Assembly (NCBI GenBank): GCA_022820825.1
Contig: JAJEEU010000034.1
Span: forward strand, 5,030-69,029
DNA: 64,000 nt
From: Vicinamibacteria bacterium
Lineage (GTDB): Bacteria; Acidobacteriota; Vicinamibacteria; Vicinamibacterales; UBA8438
Reading direction: 5' to 3'
The stretch's first letter is position 1; each line of letters opens with the position of its first letter. Below, in pieces: positions 39,219 through 50,731 of the stretch. The notes beneath the pieces were generated by a model. It ran no database searches. It was not told where the DNA came from and was given only the letters and a program-made list of their open reading frames with translations. A program made the translations under genes and the position numbers.

Positions 39219-40458
39219 TGTGGATGCGCCCGTCACTGGTGATCCTCCAGGGCTGTATCGGGTTGCCGTGCGGCGGCCGGGCATGGGCCCAGAACGCACT
39301 GTGCTCTTCCGCCGTCGGCTGGACCTGGTCCTGGTCGTCGATGCACCGCGACAGCAGGACCGTCTCCTGGCCGTCCCAGGTCCACGGGAGCTGGAACCGC
39401 GTGAACGCCACCCGCAGGGCCGGCCCCTCGATCTCGGCGTCCTTCCAGGTCTGGCCGCCGTCGGTGGACACCTCCACGCGGCTGACGGCCCCGCACCCCG
39501 ACCACGCCAACCCGCTGATCATGTTGAACCCGCGCTCGAGGGGGTCCCTGCCCGCGGCCGGGAAGGTGATGACCGACTTCGGCCCCTGCTCCAGGTAGTA
39601 GCTGAGCGGCCCCCGGTGCGGATAGTTCGTGAAGTGGCTCTGCTCCCAGTACGTCGGATACGGCCGGTCCAGCGCCCGGACCTGCTTCAGCCACTTCACG
39701 TGGTACTTGCCCTCGAAGCCCGGCACGACGAGGCGCAGCGGAAAGCCCTGGTGCGGCCGCACCGGCTCGCCGTTCTGGCCGTACGCCACGATCACGTCGT
39801 CCATTGCCTTGGGGAAGGGGATGTTGGTGCCGAGCCCGACCTTGTCGGCGCTCTCGCCGAGGACCCAGGTAACCCCGTCCTGCACGCCCGCCTCCTCCAG
39901 GAGCACGGACAGCAGCACCCCCGTCCACTCGCTGCACGCGACCATCCCGCACACCTGGTTCAGCGTCTGGTCGCGGGCACTCGGCCGGTTGGCGATGCAC
40001 TCGATGTAGTGAATCCGGGACACCGACGGCAGGCGCTTCAGCTCGTCGAGCGTGAAGATCAGGGGCCGGTCCACCATGCCCGAGATCAGCAGGCGGTGCT
40101 TGCGCGGGTCGATGTCCTCGGGCGCATTCTGGTGCTGCGACACGTAGTGCAGGTCGGCCGGCGTGATGGTGCCGGTCAACTGGTCGATAGGCGTCATGGC
40201 GTCATAGCCGTTGGGATCGCCGTGCATGTCGGCGTGCCCGACCTGGGTGATGGGAATGCGCCGCGCCCTGACGAACCGCGAGCGCTCGCCGAACTCCAGC
40301 GGATGCTCGGCCTGCCCGTGCGGCCCGCCCGGCACGTGCGTCCGGCTGCTGCCGGACACGAGCGTCTGGGCGCCGACCGCGGGCGCGGCGGCAGCCAATC
40401 CCGCGAGCGCGGCGCCCTCCTTGATGAAACGTCTGCGACCCGCCTGTCTTGCACTCAT
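39208..40458 (-). CDS. sulfite-oxidase-family molybdopterin oxidoreductase (SoxC/SorA-like), Tat-exported
   Basis: 416 aa. Twin-arginine signal MSARQAGRRRFIKEGAALAGLAAAAPAVGA. HYIECIANRP...VCGMVACSEWTGVLLSVLLEEAG is the Mo-binding region with a conserved Cys. The C-terminal Ig-like dimerisation part includes VEVSTDGGQTWKDAEI. Confidence 0.8.
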   Translation of the reverse strand: MSARQAGRRRFIKEGAALAGLAAAAPAVGAQTLVSGSSRTHVPGGPHGQAEHPLEFGERSRFVRARRIPITQVGHADMHGDPNGYDAMTPIDQLTGTITPADLHYVSQHQNAPEDIDPRKHRLLISGMVDRPLIFTLDELKRLPSVSRIHYIECIANRPSARDQTLNQVCGMVACSEWTGVLLSVLLEEAGVQDGVTWVLGESADKVGLGTNIPFPKAMDDVIVAYGQNGEPVRPHQGFPLRLVVPGFEGKYHVKWLKQVRALDRPYPTYWEQSHFTNYPHRGPLSYYLEQGPKSVITFPAAGRDPLERGFNMISGLAWSGCGAVSRVEVSTDGGQTWKDAEIEGPALRVAFTRFQLPWTWDGQETVLLSRCIDDQDQVQPTAEEHSAFWAHARPPHGNPIQPWRITSDGRIHNAF

Positions 40459-40469
40459 CTGCTACTCCA

Positions 40470-43400
40470 TCAGAAATCGATCTGGAACGCGAACTTGGCC
40501 AGCCTGCCCGGCATGATGGCGGTCGGCGCCAGCCACGTCGGTCCGAACGTGGGATCCTCGACCGTCACGGCGTTCGCGTTGAGCACGTTGAAGACATCGA
40601 ACATCGCCCGGAATCGGGCAGTCCCGCCTAGCGAGAAGATCTTCGTCACGCGGAAATCGAGTTGAGTAAACCGCTCGCCGTAGAATGTCCCCGGCTCCAC
40701 GAGATTGAGCTCGACCGCGCTCGGATAGAGAACGAGCGGGCGCCCCAGGTTGGTGGCGGCCGCCGTGAAGTTCGCCAGCGCCTGCCGCTCCGGCCCGGGC
40801 TGGTTCTGCAGCGTCGCGGCGAGCTGGATTTCGTAGGGCAGCGTGTACGAGCCCATGAGCTTGAGCTGCGTCAGCCAGTTCTCGCTGCGGCTGCAGTGCT
40901 CGATCGTGCCGGTGTCGGCGTCCCCGCCGCGTCCGGCGGCCGATTCGGGCACCTGGGACATGAGGTCGCAATAGTCGCGCGACGCCCGCCCGGTGCTCAA
41001 CCCTCCCTGGAGCAGGAAATTCTCGACCCGCGCGTCCAGCGTGACGTCGATGCCGTTCCAGGTCTGGCTCTCGCCGCCGAAGCTGCCCGCGCCGGTCCTG
41101 ACCACGTCGGGCAGGCGGACGGAACCCGGGTTGAGATCGTAGAAGCTGAGCGTGCCGCCGCCGCCGTCCGGCAGGCGGGAATCCGTCGGGACGCTGACCG
41201 TCGCTACGTCGAAGTCGGCCGTCCCGAGCGCCCGGTTGTCGGCAAGAGCGTGATTGAGCCAAATGCGCCGGAAGTAGCCGACGTCCAGCGACACGCCGGG
41301 AAACAGCTCCTGCTGGATGCTCCCGGTGATCTCCCAGTTCGAGTGGCGTTTGCCCCAGCCGAACGCCCACTCCGGATCGAAGAAGGTGGTGACCACCGGA
41401 ATCCCGAACGCCGGCGTGACATTGGGACTGACGATCTCGCCGTTGGGCAACGGGTTGGTCGGATCACCCTGCACGACGCCGTCGCCGGGAATGCAGGCCA
41501 CCGGCCCGATGCACGAAGGCAGCGACGGAGCGAAGAAATGGCTCGTGGCGCCGTCGAACCAGGACCGGTTCATGCTGAGGTTGCTCGCCCCGGGATTGAC
41601 GCTTCGCGACAACTCGGTGGAATTGCGCTTGCCATAGCGGCTGGCGGAGAACTTGAGCGCGGTCCGGCCGTCGCCGCGGAGGTCGTAGGCCAGTCCTATG
41701 CGCGGCTGGAAGTCCTTCCAGGTCGCCACGGTCTGGCCGTCGACGGTGAACGCTTCCCGCACCCAGAGGTTCGTCGGGCGGTCCTGCGTGGGGTAGTACG
41801 TGTCGAAGTAGTCCCACCGCAGGCCGGCGTTCACGGTCAGGCGGTCGAGCGTCCACTGTTCCTGAGCGTAGATGCCGAGCGTGTTGGCCTTGTCGGTCTG
41901 GTCGACGGCCCCATAGAACGTCGCCCGGTACGGCGCGCCGCGGAACGTGAAGAACCGCTGCCAGCCGCCGTCGTGCTGGCTCTGCACGAACGTGCCCTGC
42001 TGCTGGAACGTGAAGCCGACCTTCAGGTTGTGGCTGCCGGTGACGTACGACACCGACCCGCGGTAGAACTCCACGCGCTTGGGGCTGTTGCGGGTCGTCT
42101 GGCCCAGGAACGACGATGCGTTGCGGAGGCCCGTGAGAGGCGCGACCTCCAGGATGCCCGGCAGGGTGGTTACGGCTTCGTCGGTCGGCGCGTTCAACGA
42201 CCCGGTCGGCAGGTGCGACACGCCGGCCTCGAACAGCAGCCGGTTGGTGTGCGGCCGCGTCCACGTCAACTGGTAGACGTTGGTCCGCGTCGTCGCGGCA
42301 AACGCCGCGTCGGGCTGGAGAAAGAGCGCGCCCAGCGCGCGTCCTTGCAGGCGGTACGGATTGCCGGAGGCGCTGTTCGTCCAGTAGGCCTTGACCTTGT
42401 CTTTCGCCGACAGTTGAAAGGTGAGATTCAGCGACTGCTCGTACGCGTACGTCGAGTCGTTCGACGGCCGGCTCGTGTCCGGTTGGAAGAAGAACGAGGA
42501 CGGGTCCACGGAAAAGAACACGCCGGGCGACTGCAGGCTGGCCTTCTGCGAGGATTGCGTCACGAAGAACCAGATGCGGTCGCGGACGATGGGCCCGCCG
42601 AACGCCGGGGCGATCGTCCAGGTCTCGTCCAGCTCCGTGCCGCTCAGCAGGCCGCGGTCCATAAGGTCCTGATCGAGGTTGTTGGCCAGCAGGGCCGGGA
42701 AGCTGAACGTGGTGAACAAGCTGCCGCTGAAGCTGTTCGACCCTTCCCTGGGAATCATGCCGATCGACACCCCGCCCGTCTCGATCTCGGCCGAGTTGCC
42801 CGAGTAACTGAAAGACATCTCCTCGAAGGCGGTGTCCGGGAAGTAGGCCCGCGCGGCGCCCTGCAGGAACGTGTCGCCGACATCCATCCCGTTGAGGGTC
42901 ATCATCTGGTCGGACTGGTCGCCGCCGTGAATGGACATCGTCCCGAGCGTCTGCAGGGTCAGCCCGCCGGCGTCCTGCGTGAGGCTCGAGCCGAACGAGT
43001 TCTCGCCGACCATGCCCGGGATGAGCAGCCCGTAGCTGTTGATAGACTTGCCGGTCGGGATGCTGTCGATGATCTCGCGGTCGATCACCGCGACCTGCTC
43101 GACGTTCTGGATGTCCACGACCGGCGTGGCGCCGGAAACCGTGATCGATTCCTGGATGTCGCCGACCGTCATCTGGACGTCGATGCTGGCCGTGAACCCG
43201 CTCGTGAGCTCGATCCCCTCGCGCACGAACGTGGTGAACCCGGGGAGCGAGTAGGTCACCGTGTAGGTGCCGGGCTCGAGCGCGACGATCAGGTACTGTC
43301 CGGAGCCGTCGGTGACGGCCGTGCGGACCTGCTCGATAAGGGTCGGGCTGCGCGCTTCGACGGTCACGCCGGGCAGGACGCCCGCCGTGGTGTCCGTGAC

Positions 43401-43529
43401 CGTGCCCCCGATCTCCTGGGCGCCGGCCAGGCCGGGCAGCAGCACAATGCAGGCTGCCAGCCCTGTCAATCCGATTCGACCAACACCATTCCAGTCCTTC
43501 GACCGCCGCTGTCTGCCGCCGTTGCGCAT
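40470..43529 (-). CDS. TonB-dependent receptor-like outer membrane protein with an N-terminal carboxypeptidase-regulatory-like domain
   Basis: RBS AGGAGG precedes the start MRNGGRQRRSKDW...LPGLAGA. GTVTDTTAGVLPGVTVEARS...GSGQYLIVALEPGTYTVTYSLPGF is a CarboxypepD_reg-like fold. About 1019 aa with a beta-barrel-like alternating sequence and a terminal ...AKFAFQIDF. The 1635-aa track ORF is an artefactual extension. Confidence 0.8.
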   Translation of the reverse strand: MRNGGRQRRSKDWNGVGRIGLTGLAACIVLLPGLAGAQEIGGTVTDTTAGVLPGVTVEARSPTLIEQVRTAVTDGSGQYLIVALEPGTYTVTYSLPGFTTFVREGIELTSGFTASIDVQMTVGDIQESITVSGATPVVDIQNVEQVAVIDREIIDSIPTGKSINSYGLLIPGMVGENSFGSSLTQDAGGLTLQTLGTMSIHGGDQSDQMMTLNGMDVGDTFLQGAARAYFPDTAFEEMSFSYSGNSAEIETGGVSIGMIPREGSNSFSGSLFTTFSFPALLANNLDQDLMDRGLLSGTELDETWTIAPAFGGPIVRDRIWFFVTQSSQKASLQSPGVFFSVDPSSFFFQPDTSRPSNDSTYAYEQSLNLTFQLSAKDKVKAYWTNSASGNPYRLQGRALGALFLQPDAAFAATTRTNVYQLTWTRPHTNRLLFEAGVSHLPTGSLNAPTDEAVTTLPGILEVAPLTGLRNASSFLGQTTRNSPKRVEFYRGSVSYVTGSHNLKVGFTFQQQGTFVQSQHDGGWQRFFTFRGAPYRATFYGAVDQTDKANTLGIYAQEQWTLDRLTVNAGLRWDYFDTYYPTQDRPTNLWVREAFTVDGQTVATWKDFQPRIGLAYDLRGDGRTALKFSASRYGKRNSTELSRSVNPGASNLSMNRSWFDGATSHFFAPSLPSCIGPVACIPGDGVVQGDPTNPLPNGEIVSPNVTPAFGIPVVTTFFDPEWAFGWGKRHSNWEITGSIQQELFPGVSLDVGYFRRIWLNHALADNRALGTADFDVATVSVPTDSRLPDGGGGTLSFYDLNPGSVRLPDVVRTGAGSFGGESQTWNGIDVTLDARVENFLLQGGLSTGRASRDYCDLMSQVPESAAGRGGDADTGTIEHCSRSENWLTQLKLMGSYTLPYEIQLAATLQNQPGPERQALANFTAAATNLGRPLVLYPSAVELNLVEPGTFYGERFTQLDFRVTKIFSLGGTARFRAMFDVFNVLNANAVTVEDPTFGPTWLAPTAIMPGRLAKFAFQIDF

Positions 43530-43679
43530 GTCGCCCTCCTGCAGCAAATCCGCCGAGCTGGTGTGTCTATCGCATTTCGGGAGTGAGCCATGTTGGCACA
43601 AACATTCGGCAACCAACAAGTGAAAACGGCGGGAAAGTCCGCGGTATGCTGTCCAGGGTGAACAACAGCGGGAGGTGCC

Positions 43680-45418
<1,739 letters not shown>

Positions 45419-45422
<4 letters not shown>

Positions 45423-45649
45423 CCGCCGCCGCGGGCGCGGAGGGCGGCGATGATCTCGTCGTGCTCGGGGAAGCGTTGCTCGTCGTGCTTGGAGAAGATC
45501 AGGTCGCCGTCGGCCACGACGTCGAACACGCCGTTGTCCCCTTCTATCAGCTCGGCATCGACGCCGAGCGCGCTGCTGATGGCGGCCGCCAGACCGGAGG
45601 CCCTGGGCAGGTACTTTCAGCGGGTGCAGTAGGTTATCGACAGCGTCAT
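45419..45649 (-). CDS. SelW/Rdx-family selenoprotein (CxxU), in-frame TGA at 45619-45617 read as selenocysteine
   Basis: Not in the ORF track. GGAGGA lies 5 nt before the ATG at 45649. Translation: MTLSITYCTR-U-KYLPRASGLAAAISSALGVDAELIEGDNGVFDVVADGDLIFSKHDEQRFPEHDEIIAALRARGGG. This matches the Rdx-family pattern (YCxxU.Y..RA......L ... G.F.V..dG.liFSK....rFPe..ei). GC3 stays high across the TGA. Confidence 0.75.
45586..45610 (-). promoter_or_regulatory. candidate bacterial SECIS-like hairpin downstream of the UGA
   Basis: RNA after the UGA: AAGUAC-CUG-C-CCAGG-GCCUCCGG-UCUGG-CGG. Stems are CUG/CGG (one G-U) and CCAGG/UCUGG, with a bulged C and an 8-nt loop containing GG. It starts 7 nt after the UGA. 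Hand-folded only. Confidence 0.4.
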
Positions 45650-45705
45650 CCGGTTCCTCCCGTGACCTGTATGTTACGCCCCCTGCGCGGCGGCGTCGAC
45701 CGTTT

Positions 45706-46890
45706 CTATGCGATGCCGGCGGCGCGCCACCCGGCGACGGTCGCGGCGTCGTAGCCGAGCTCCCGCAGGATCGACTCGGTATGCGCGCCCAGCTCCGGAA
45801 CTCCCTCCATGCGCGGCGCTACTCCATCGATGGTGGCGGGCGGGATCAGCGAACGCACCGGACCGGCGCTGGTCGCCACCTCGCGCCAGCGGTCGCGCGC
45901 GGCGAGCTGCGGATGGTCCGCGAACTGCTCCACCGTGTTGAGGCGGGCGTTGGCGATGCCGGCCGCGTCGAGGCGCTCGGTCGCCTCCTCGGCGCTCAGC
46001 GCCGAGAACACGCCGTCGATTTCCCGGTCGAGCGCCTCCCGATTGGCCGGACGCCGGGTGCTGGAATCGAAGCGCGGATCCGCTGCCAGCTCCGGGCGGC
46101 GCAGCACCTCCGCGCAGAAGCGCGCCCACTCGCGCTCGTTCTGGATGCCGAGCAGCACCGCTTCCCCGCCGGCGCACGCGTACGGCCCGTACGGGGCGAT
46201 GGTGGCGTGGTGCGCGCCGCTGCGCGGCGGCGGCGATCCTCCGTACACCGTGTAGTGGAGCGGAAAGCCCATCCATTCGCCGAGGGCTTCGAGCATCGAG
46301 ACCTCGATGGCCGCGCCCTGCCCGCTCCGCTCCCGCGCGTAGAGCGCCGTCAGCACCCCGGTGTAGACGTACATGCCGGCCGCGAGGTCGGCCACCGGGA
46401 TGGCCAGCTTCACGCACTCGTCCGGCGTGCCGGTGATCGACATGACGCCCGACTCGGCCTGCACCAGCAGGTCGTACGCCTTGCGGTCGCGGTACGGCCC
46501 GCTATTGCCGTAGCCGGACAGGCCGCACACGACGAGCCGCGGATGCGCGGCGCGCAGCGCGTCGCCCCCCAGGCCCAGGCGCTCCGCCGCGCCTGGCGCG
46601 AGATTCTGGACGAACACGTCGGCGCGGCCGATCAGCCGCCGCAGCGCGTCCGCCGCCTCTGGCCGCTTGAGGTCGAGCGTGAGCGACTCCTTCGAGCGGT
46701 TCAACCAGACGAAGTGGCTCGACAGCCCGTGCACGGTGTCATCGTACGCCCGGGCGAAGTCGCCGGTCCCGGGGCGCTCGATCTTGATCACCCGCGCCCC
46801 GAGGTCGGCGAGCTGGCGGGTGGCGAACGGAGCGGCCACCGCCTGCTCCAGCGACACCACGGTGACGCCGTCGAGCGGCCGCGCGCCCAT
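45706..46890 (-). CDS. family III CoA-transferase (CaiB/BaiF-like)
   Basis: Start re-called to MGARPLDGVTVVSLEQAVAAPFATRQLADLGARVIKIERPGTGDFAR, overlapping the upstream stop by 1 nt (TGATG). The fold is typical: ..NRSKESLTLDLK...DVFVQNLAPG. Confidence 0.85.
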   Translation of the reverse strand: MGARPLDGVTVVSLEQAVAAPFATRQLADLGARVIKIERPGTGDFARAYDDTVHGLSSHFVWLNRSKESLTLDLKRPEAADALRRLIGRADVFVQNLAPGAAERLGLGGDALRAAHPRLVVCGLSGYGNSGPYRDRKAYDLLVQAESGVMSITGTPDECVKLAIPVADLAAGMYVYTGVLTALYARERSGQGAAIEVSMLEALGEWMGFPLHYTVYGGSPPPRSGAHHATIAPYGPYACAGGEAVLLGIQNEREWARFCAEVLRRPELAADPRFDSSTRRPANREALDREIDGVFSALSAEEATERLDAAGIANARLNTVEQFADHPQLAARDRWREVATSAGPVRSLIPPATIDGVAPRMEGVPELGAHTESILRELGYDAATVAGWRAAGIA

Positions 46891-48056
46891 CAGAACGACC
46901 GCGGCAGGCCGAGCACGTGCTGGCCGATGTAGGACAGGATGAGATTGGTGGATATCGGCGCCACCTGGTAGAGGCGGCACTCGCGGAACTTGCGCTCCAC
47001 GTCGTACTCCGCGGCGAAGCCATACCCGCCGAACGTCTGCACGGCCGCGTTGGCCGCCTCCCAGGCGGCGTCGGCGGCCAGCAGCTTGGCCATGTTCGAC
47101 TCCGCGCCGCACGGGCGGCCCGCGTCGAACAGCTCCGCGGCCTTGATGCGCATCAGGTCCGCGCTCTCGACGTTGACGTGCGCGCGCGCCAGCGGGAACT
47201 GGACGCCCTGGTTCTTGCCGATCGGCCGGTCGAACACCACGCGCTCGTTGGCGTAGCTCACGGCCCGCTCGATGAACCAGCGCCCGTCGCCGATGCACTC
47301 GGCGGCAATCAGGATGCGCTCCGCATTCAGCCCGTCGAGCAGGCAGCGGAAGCCGCCGCCCTCGGGTCCGATCAGATTCGCCGCCGGCACTTCGAGGTTG
47401 TCGAAGAACATCTCCGTCGTCGCGTGGTTCATCATCGCCCGCAGCGGACGGATGGTGAGGCCGTTGCCCACGGCCGTCCGGAGGTCCACGAGCAGTACCG
47501 ACAGCCCCTGGGTCTTCTTCTCCACCTGCTCCAGCGGCGTGGTGCGGACGACCAGCAGCAGCAGGTCGGAATGCTCGGCGCGGGAGGTCCAGACCTTCTG
47601 GCCGTTGACGACGTAGCGGTCGCCGTCCCGCACCGCGGACGTCCTGATCCTGGTCGTGTCGGTGCCGCTGGTCGGCTCGGTCACGCCGAACGCCTGCAGG
47701 CGCAGCTCGCCGCTTGCGATGCGCGGCAGGTATTCGCGCTTCTGCGCCTCCGAGCCGTGCCGCAGCAGCGTGCCCATGATGTACATCTGCGCGTGGCAGG
47801 CGGCCGCGTTACCGCCAGAGCGGTTGATCTCCTCCAGGATGATCGACGCCTCCTGCACGCCGAGCCCCGATCCGCCGAACTCGGCCGGGATCAGGGCGGC
47901 GAGGTAGCCGGCCCCGGTCAGCGTTTCGACGAACTCGCTGGGGTATGCCTCCCGGCGATCGAGGTCCCTCCAGTAGCTGCCGGGAAAGCGGCCGCACAGG
48001 TCGGCTACCTCGCGGCGGAGATCACGGTGGAGATCGGTGTTCGATGCGGCTGACAA
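46890..48056 (-). CDS. acyl-CoA dehydrogenase
   Basis: 388 aa. Motifs: GVTEPTSGTDTTRIRTSA, GQKVWTSRAEHSDLLLLVVRT, QTFGGYGFAAEYDVERKFRECRLYQVAPISTNL. Confidence 0.9.
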   Translation of the reverse strand: MSAASNTDLHRDLRREVADLCGRFPGSYWRDLDRREAYPSEFVETLTGAGYLAALIPAEFGGSGLGVQEASIILEEINRSGGNAAACHAQMYIMGTLLRHGSEAQKREYLPRIASGELRLQAFGVTEPTSGTDTTRIRTSAVRDGDRYVVNGQKVWTSRAEHSDLLLLVVRTTPLEQVEKKTQGLSVLLVDLRTAVGNGLTIRPLRAMMNHATTEMFFDNLEVPAANLIGPEGGGFRCLLDGLNAERILIAAECIGDGRWFIERAVSYANERVVFDRPIGKNQGVQFPLARAHVNVESADLMRIKAAELFDAGRPCGAESNMAKLLAADAAWEAANAAVQTFGGYGFAAEYDVERKFRECRLYQVAPISTNLILSYIGQHVLGLPRSF

Positions 48057-48085
48057 GCGGGCCTCCGGGCTGCAATACTATCGCG

Positions 48086-48565
48086 ATGCGCTTGCGGGAA
48101 GATTTCTCGGCGTGGCGATGCGCCCTCGCGTCAGGCGCCGCGGCGGCGGCCGTCGTGGCCGTGGCGGGCGCGGTGGACGAGAAGCCGACCGAAGAGTACG
48201 CCGGCGCCATGCGCGCGCTGGACACCGCCGCCCGCGGCCTGGCCGAGGCGCTCGAAGCCCGCGATCACGCGACGATGAACGAGCACGTCATCGATGCGCG
48301 GCCCGCCATCGAGTTGGTGCAGCAGTACTGGCGCGAGCGGGAGGCGGCCGGCGACGAGGACGTGGAAGAGGCCGTCGAGGCGATCCGCGCGGTCTCCAAG
48401 TCGGTCTCGGAGATCAGCGTCGCCGTCCACCTCATGACCCTGTCGCCCAACCCCGTAGCCGTCGACGGCGCCGAGTTGGCGCTCGGCAACATGCGCGCCG
48501 CCTGCGCGGCGTGCCACGCCGCGCACCGCGTCGAGCAGCCGGACGGCAGCTACCTGATCAGATAG
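48086..48565 (+). CDS. class II cytochrome c (cytochrome c'/c556-like, C-terminal CxxCH)
   Basis: Start re-called to MRLREDFSAWRCALASGAAAAAVVAVAG. The sequence is predicted helical, with a single haem motif near the C-terminus (MRAACAACHAAHR). Confidence 0.6.
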   Translation: MRLREDFSAWRCALASGAAAAAVVAVAGAVDEKPTEEYAGAMRALDTAARGLAEALEARDHATMNEHVIDARPAIELVQQYWREREAAGDEDVEEAVEAIRAVSKSVSEISVAVHLMTLSPNPVAVDGAELALGNMRAACAACHAAHRVEQPDGSYLIR

Positions 48566-48570
48566 CCGCC

Positions 48571-49602
48571 CTACCGGGAGGCGGCTTCCGCCGCCTCGCG
48601 CGCCCGCTCGCCCGCCAGCATGTTCGGCATGCTGTAGTTCCCCTCGTGGCAGGCGTATTCGAACATGGCATCGTCGGTGCGCAGCATCGGAATCGATACC
48701 GTCCAGGGCCGGCTCCAGATGCCGGGGTCGTCAATCGTGGCCACGTACTCGAGCGTGTCGGCGTCGATGCGCCTGAACCGCTCCACGAGCCGCAGGTCGC
48801 CGGTCGTCCGCAACCGGCCCATCGGGTTGGCCGTGGTCCACAATCGTTCGGCGACGAAGTTCGCCGTCTCGACAACCAGGGTGTCGCCGTCCCAGCGGCC
48901 GCGCGCGTCCCCGGCCCACTGCCGCATGTGGGCCGGCAGCGCGGGACGGCCGTCCAGCGGAATGACGCGCACCGTATGGATCATCTCGGCCACCAGCAGC
49001 ACCCAGTCCTCGTTCTGCACCACGAGCAGGTTCTGGTTGTAGGCTGCCGGGAGGATGGGCGGGCCGTTGTTGACGCCGATCAGGCAACGGTCGGTGCCGT
49101 CGAAGTCGAGCCACGAGTCGGCCGGATGCTCCCGTTGATATTCCCTGTCGCGCTCGACCTTGCGCCGGCCGGCGTCCGAGTATGCCGGCAGCCGCCCGTT
49201 CGGCGGATCGACGACCAGCGACGTGCGCCGCGTGCCGACCGTGCGCGTGCCGGTGTCCAGCCAGAAGTTGTTGTAGAACCCCGGCGTGCCGTCGGCGCGC
49301 TGGTCCACGCTGCCGCCGGCGGCGGTCGTCTCGGGCGGCCGGGTCAGCAGGTACTCGTTGCGGTCGATGACCGCCTGCTCCTGGCTCGCGGCCTCCTCCT
49401 CCGTGAGGAATTCCCTGTCGCCCAGCTCCTCGGGCCGCTCCAGGGGCGTGATCGTGCGGTGGTCCCACATGCCCTGCAGGTCGGGATGGCCCCAGGGCGT
49501 GCGCAGCGCGTCACTCTGGGCGAACGCCGGCCCGCCGGCGAGCGCGACCGCGCCGGCAAACAGGGCCGCGCAGGCTACCCGCGTTCGAATCGGTCGAGTC
49601 AT
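48571..49602 (-). CDS. secreted 'YACHEGN' family protein, paralog 6 of 7
   Basis: RBS AAGGAGG precedes MTRPIRTRVACAALFAGAVALAGGPAFA. Motifs: LRTPWGHPDLQGMW, SLVVDPPNGRLP, DRCL, EMIHTVRVIPLDGRP, ARGRWDGDTLVVET, FEYACHEGNYS. Confidence 0.85.
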   Translation of the reverse strand: MTRPIRTRVACAALFAGAVALAGGPAFAQSDALRTPWGHPDLQGMWDHRTITPLERPEELGDREFLTEEEAASQEQAVIDRNEYLLTRPPETTAAGGSVDQRADGTPGFYNNFWLDTGTRTVGTRRTSLVVDPPNGRLPAYSDAGRRKVERDREYQREHPADSWLDFDGTDRCLIGVNNGPPILPAAYNQNLLVVQNEDWVLLVAEMIHTVRVIPLDGRPALPAHMRQWAGDARGRWDGDTLVVETANFVAERLWTTANPMGRLRTTGDLRLVERFRRIDADTLEYVATIDDPGIWSRPWTVSIPMLRTDDAMFEYACHEGNYSMPNMLAGERAREAAEAASR

Positions 49603-49651
49603 CTCGGTCCTCCTTCTCGTCGGCGCGTCACGGCGCCGTCCGCGGCCACGG

Positions 49652-50689
49652 CTACTCGCGCGCCTCTTCCGCACGTGCGCCCGCCAGGATGTTGAACAGG
49701 CCGTAATTGCCCTCGTGGCACGCGTACTCGTACAGCGGCAGGTCACTGCGGCTCATCGGCAGGCGGCCGGTCAGCGTGCGCGTGAACGTTTGCGGATCGT
49801 TGATCGTGAACTCGTACTCCAGCGTGCCGGCGTCCGTGCGCGTGAAGCGCTCCGTCAGGTGCAGGGAGCCGCCGGTGCCGAACGCCATCGAACGGAAGCC
49901 GCCCAGCTCGGAATCGAACGCCATCGGGCTGAAGCTGGCAACCTTGTCGGTGAAGTTCGTCGTCTCCACGACCAGCGTATCGCCTTCCCACCGGCCGCGC
50001 GAGCTGCCCAGCCACTGGCGGATGCCGGACGGCAGGGCCGGGCGCCCGTCCACCGGGACGACGCGCACGTCGTGGACCATCTCGGCGAGCAGCACGACGT
50101 AGCCCTCCGCCTGGAAGATCTGGATGTTGTTGTTGTAGCCGCCGGGCAGCATCGGCGGACCCGTGCTGAAGCCGACGATGCAGCGCTCGGCCAGGCCGCG
50201 GTCCTCCGGGCCGTCCGACCCGACGCCGGTGGCGCGCAGACGGACCGGTCGCTCGCCGGCGTCGCGGTGCGCCGCCGCCCGGCGCTGCTCCGCCTCCGTC
50301 CGCGGCGGGATGCGGCCGTCCGGGGGATCGACGAGCAGCGACGGCTGCGTCAGCGCCTCGGCCCGCGAACGCTCGGTCCAGAACGACTGGTTGTAGCCGC
50401 CGGTCTGCCCTTCTGGCGGGCGCGTATCGTCCCGGCCGACCGCCTCGTCGCTGAGGCGCTGCGCGATGACGGCCGCCTCCTCCTCGGTAAGCACATCCCG
50501 GCCCGCCAGCTCGGCCGGCTTCTCGAGCGGCGTGAACGTCCAGTACTCCCACACGCCCTGCAGGTCCGGATCGCCCCACGGCGTCCGCGGCGCCGCGCCG
50601 GAGGCGCCGCCCTGCGCGGCCAGCGGCGCGACAGCCAGCGCCACGAGCATGGCAGCCAGCGCCGCCGTGCCGATCGATACAAGCTTCAT
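49652..50689 (-). CDS. secreted 'YACHEGN' family protein, paralog 7 of 7 (tandem with paralog 6)
   Basis: RBS GGGGAGG precedes MKLVSIGTAALAAMLVALAVAPLAA. Motifs: PRTPWGDPDLQGVW, SLLVDPPDGRIP, ERCI, EMVHDVRVVPVDGRP, SRGRWEGDTLVVET, YEYACHEGNYG. Confidence 0.85.
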   Translation of the reverse strand: MKLVSIGTAALAAMLVALAVAPLAAQGGASGAAPRTPWGDPDLQGVWEYWTFTPLEKPAELAGRDVLTEEEAAVIAQRLSDEAVGRDDTRPPEGQTGGYNQSFWTERSRAEALTQPSLLVDPPDGRIPPRTEAEQRRAAAHRDAGERPVRLRATGVGSDGPEDRGLAERCIVGFSTGPPMLPGGYNNNIQIFQAEGYVVLLAEMVHDVRVVPVDGRPALPSGIRQWLGSSRGRWEGDTLVVETTNFTDKVASFSPMAFDSELGGFRSMAFGTGGSLHLTERFTRTDAGTLEYEFTINDPQTFTRTLTGRLPMSRSDLPLYEYACHEGNYGLFNILAGARAEEARE

Positions 50690-50731
50690 TTGACGCCTCC
50701 CCTTCCGTTGCACGGTCCGTACTCGATGCGC

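Noticed and set aside
45450-45632. 60-aa plus-strand ORF between ggt and the CoA-transferase gene
   Set aside because: It lies antisense to the much better supported SelW-like selenoprotein gene (RBS, family motifs). It has no recognisable features of its own.
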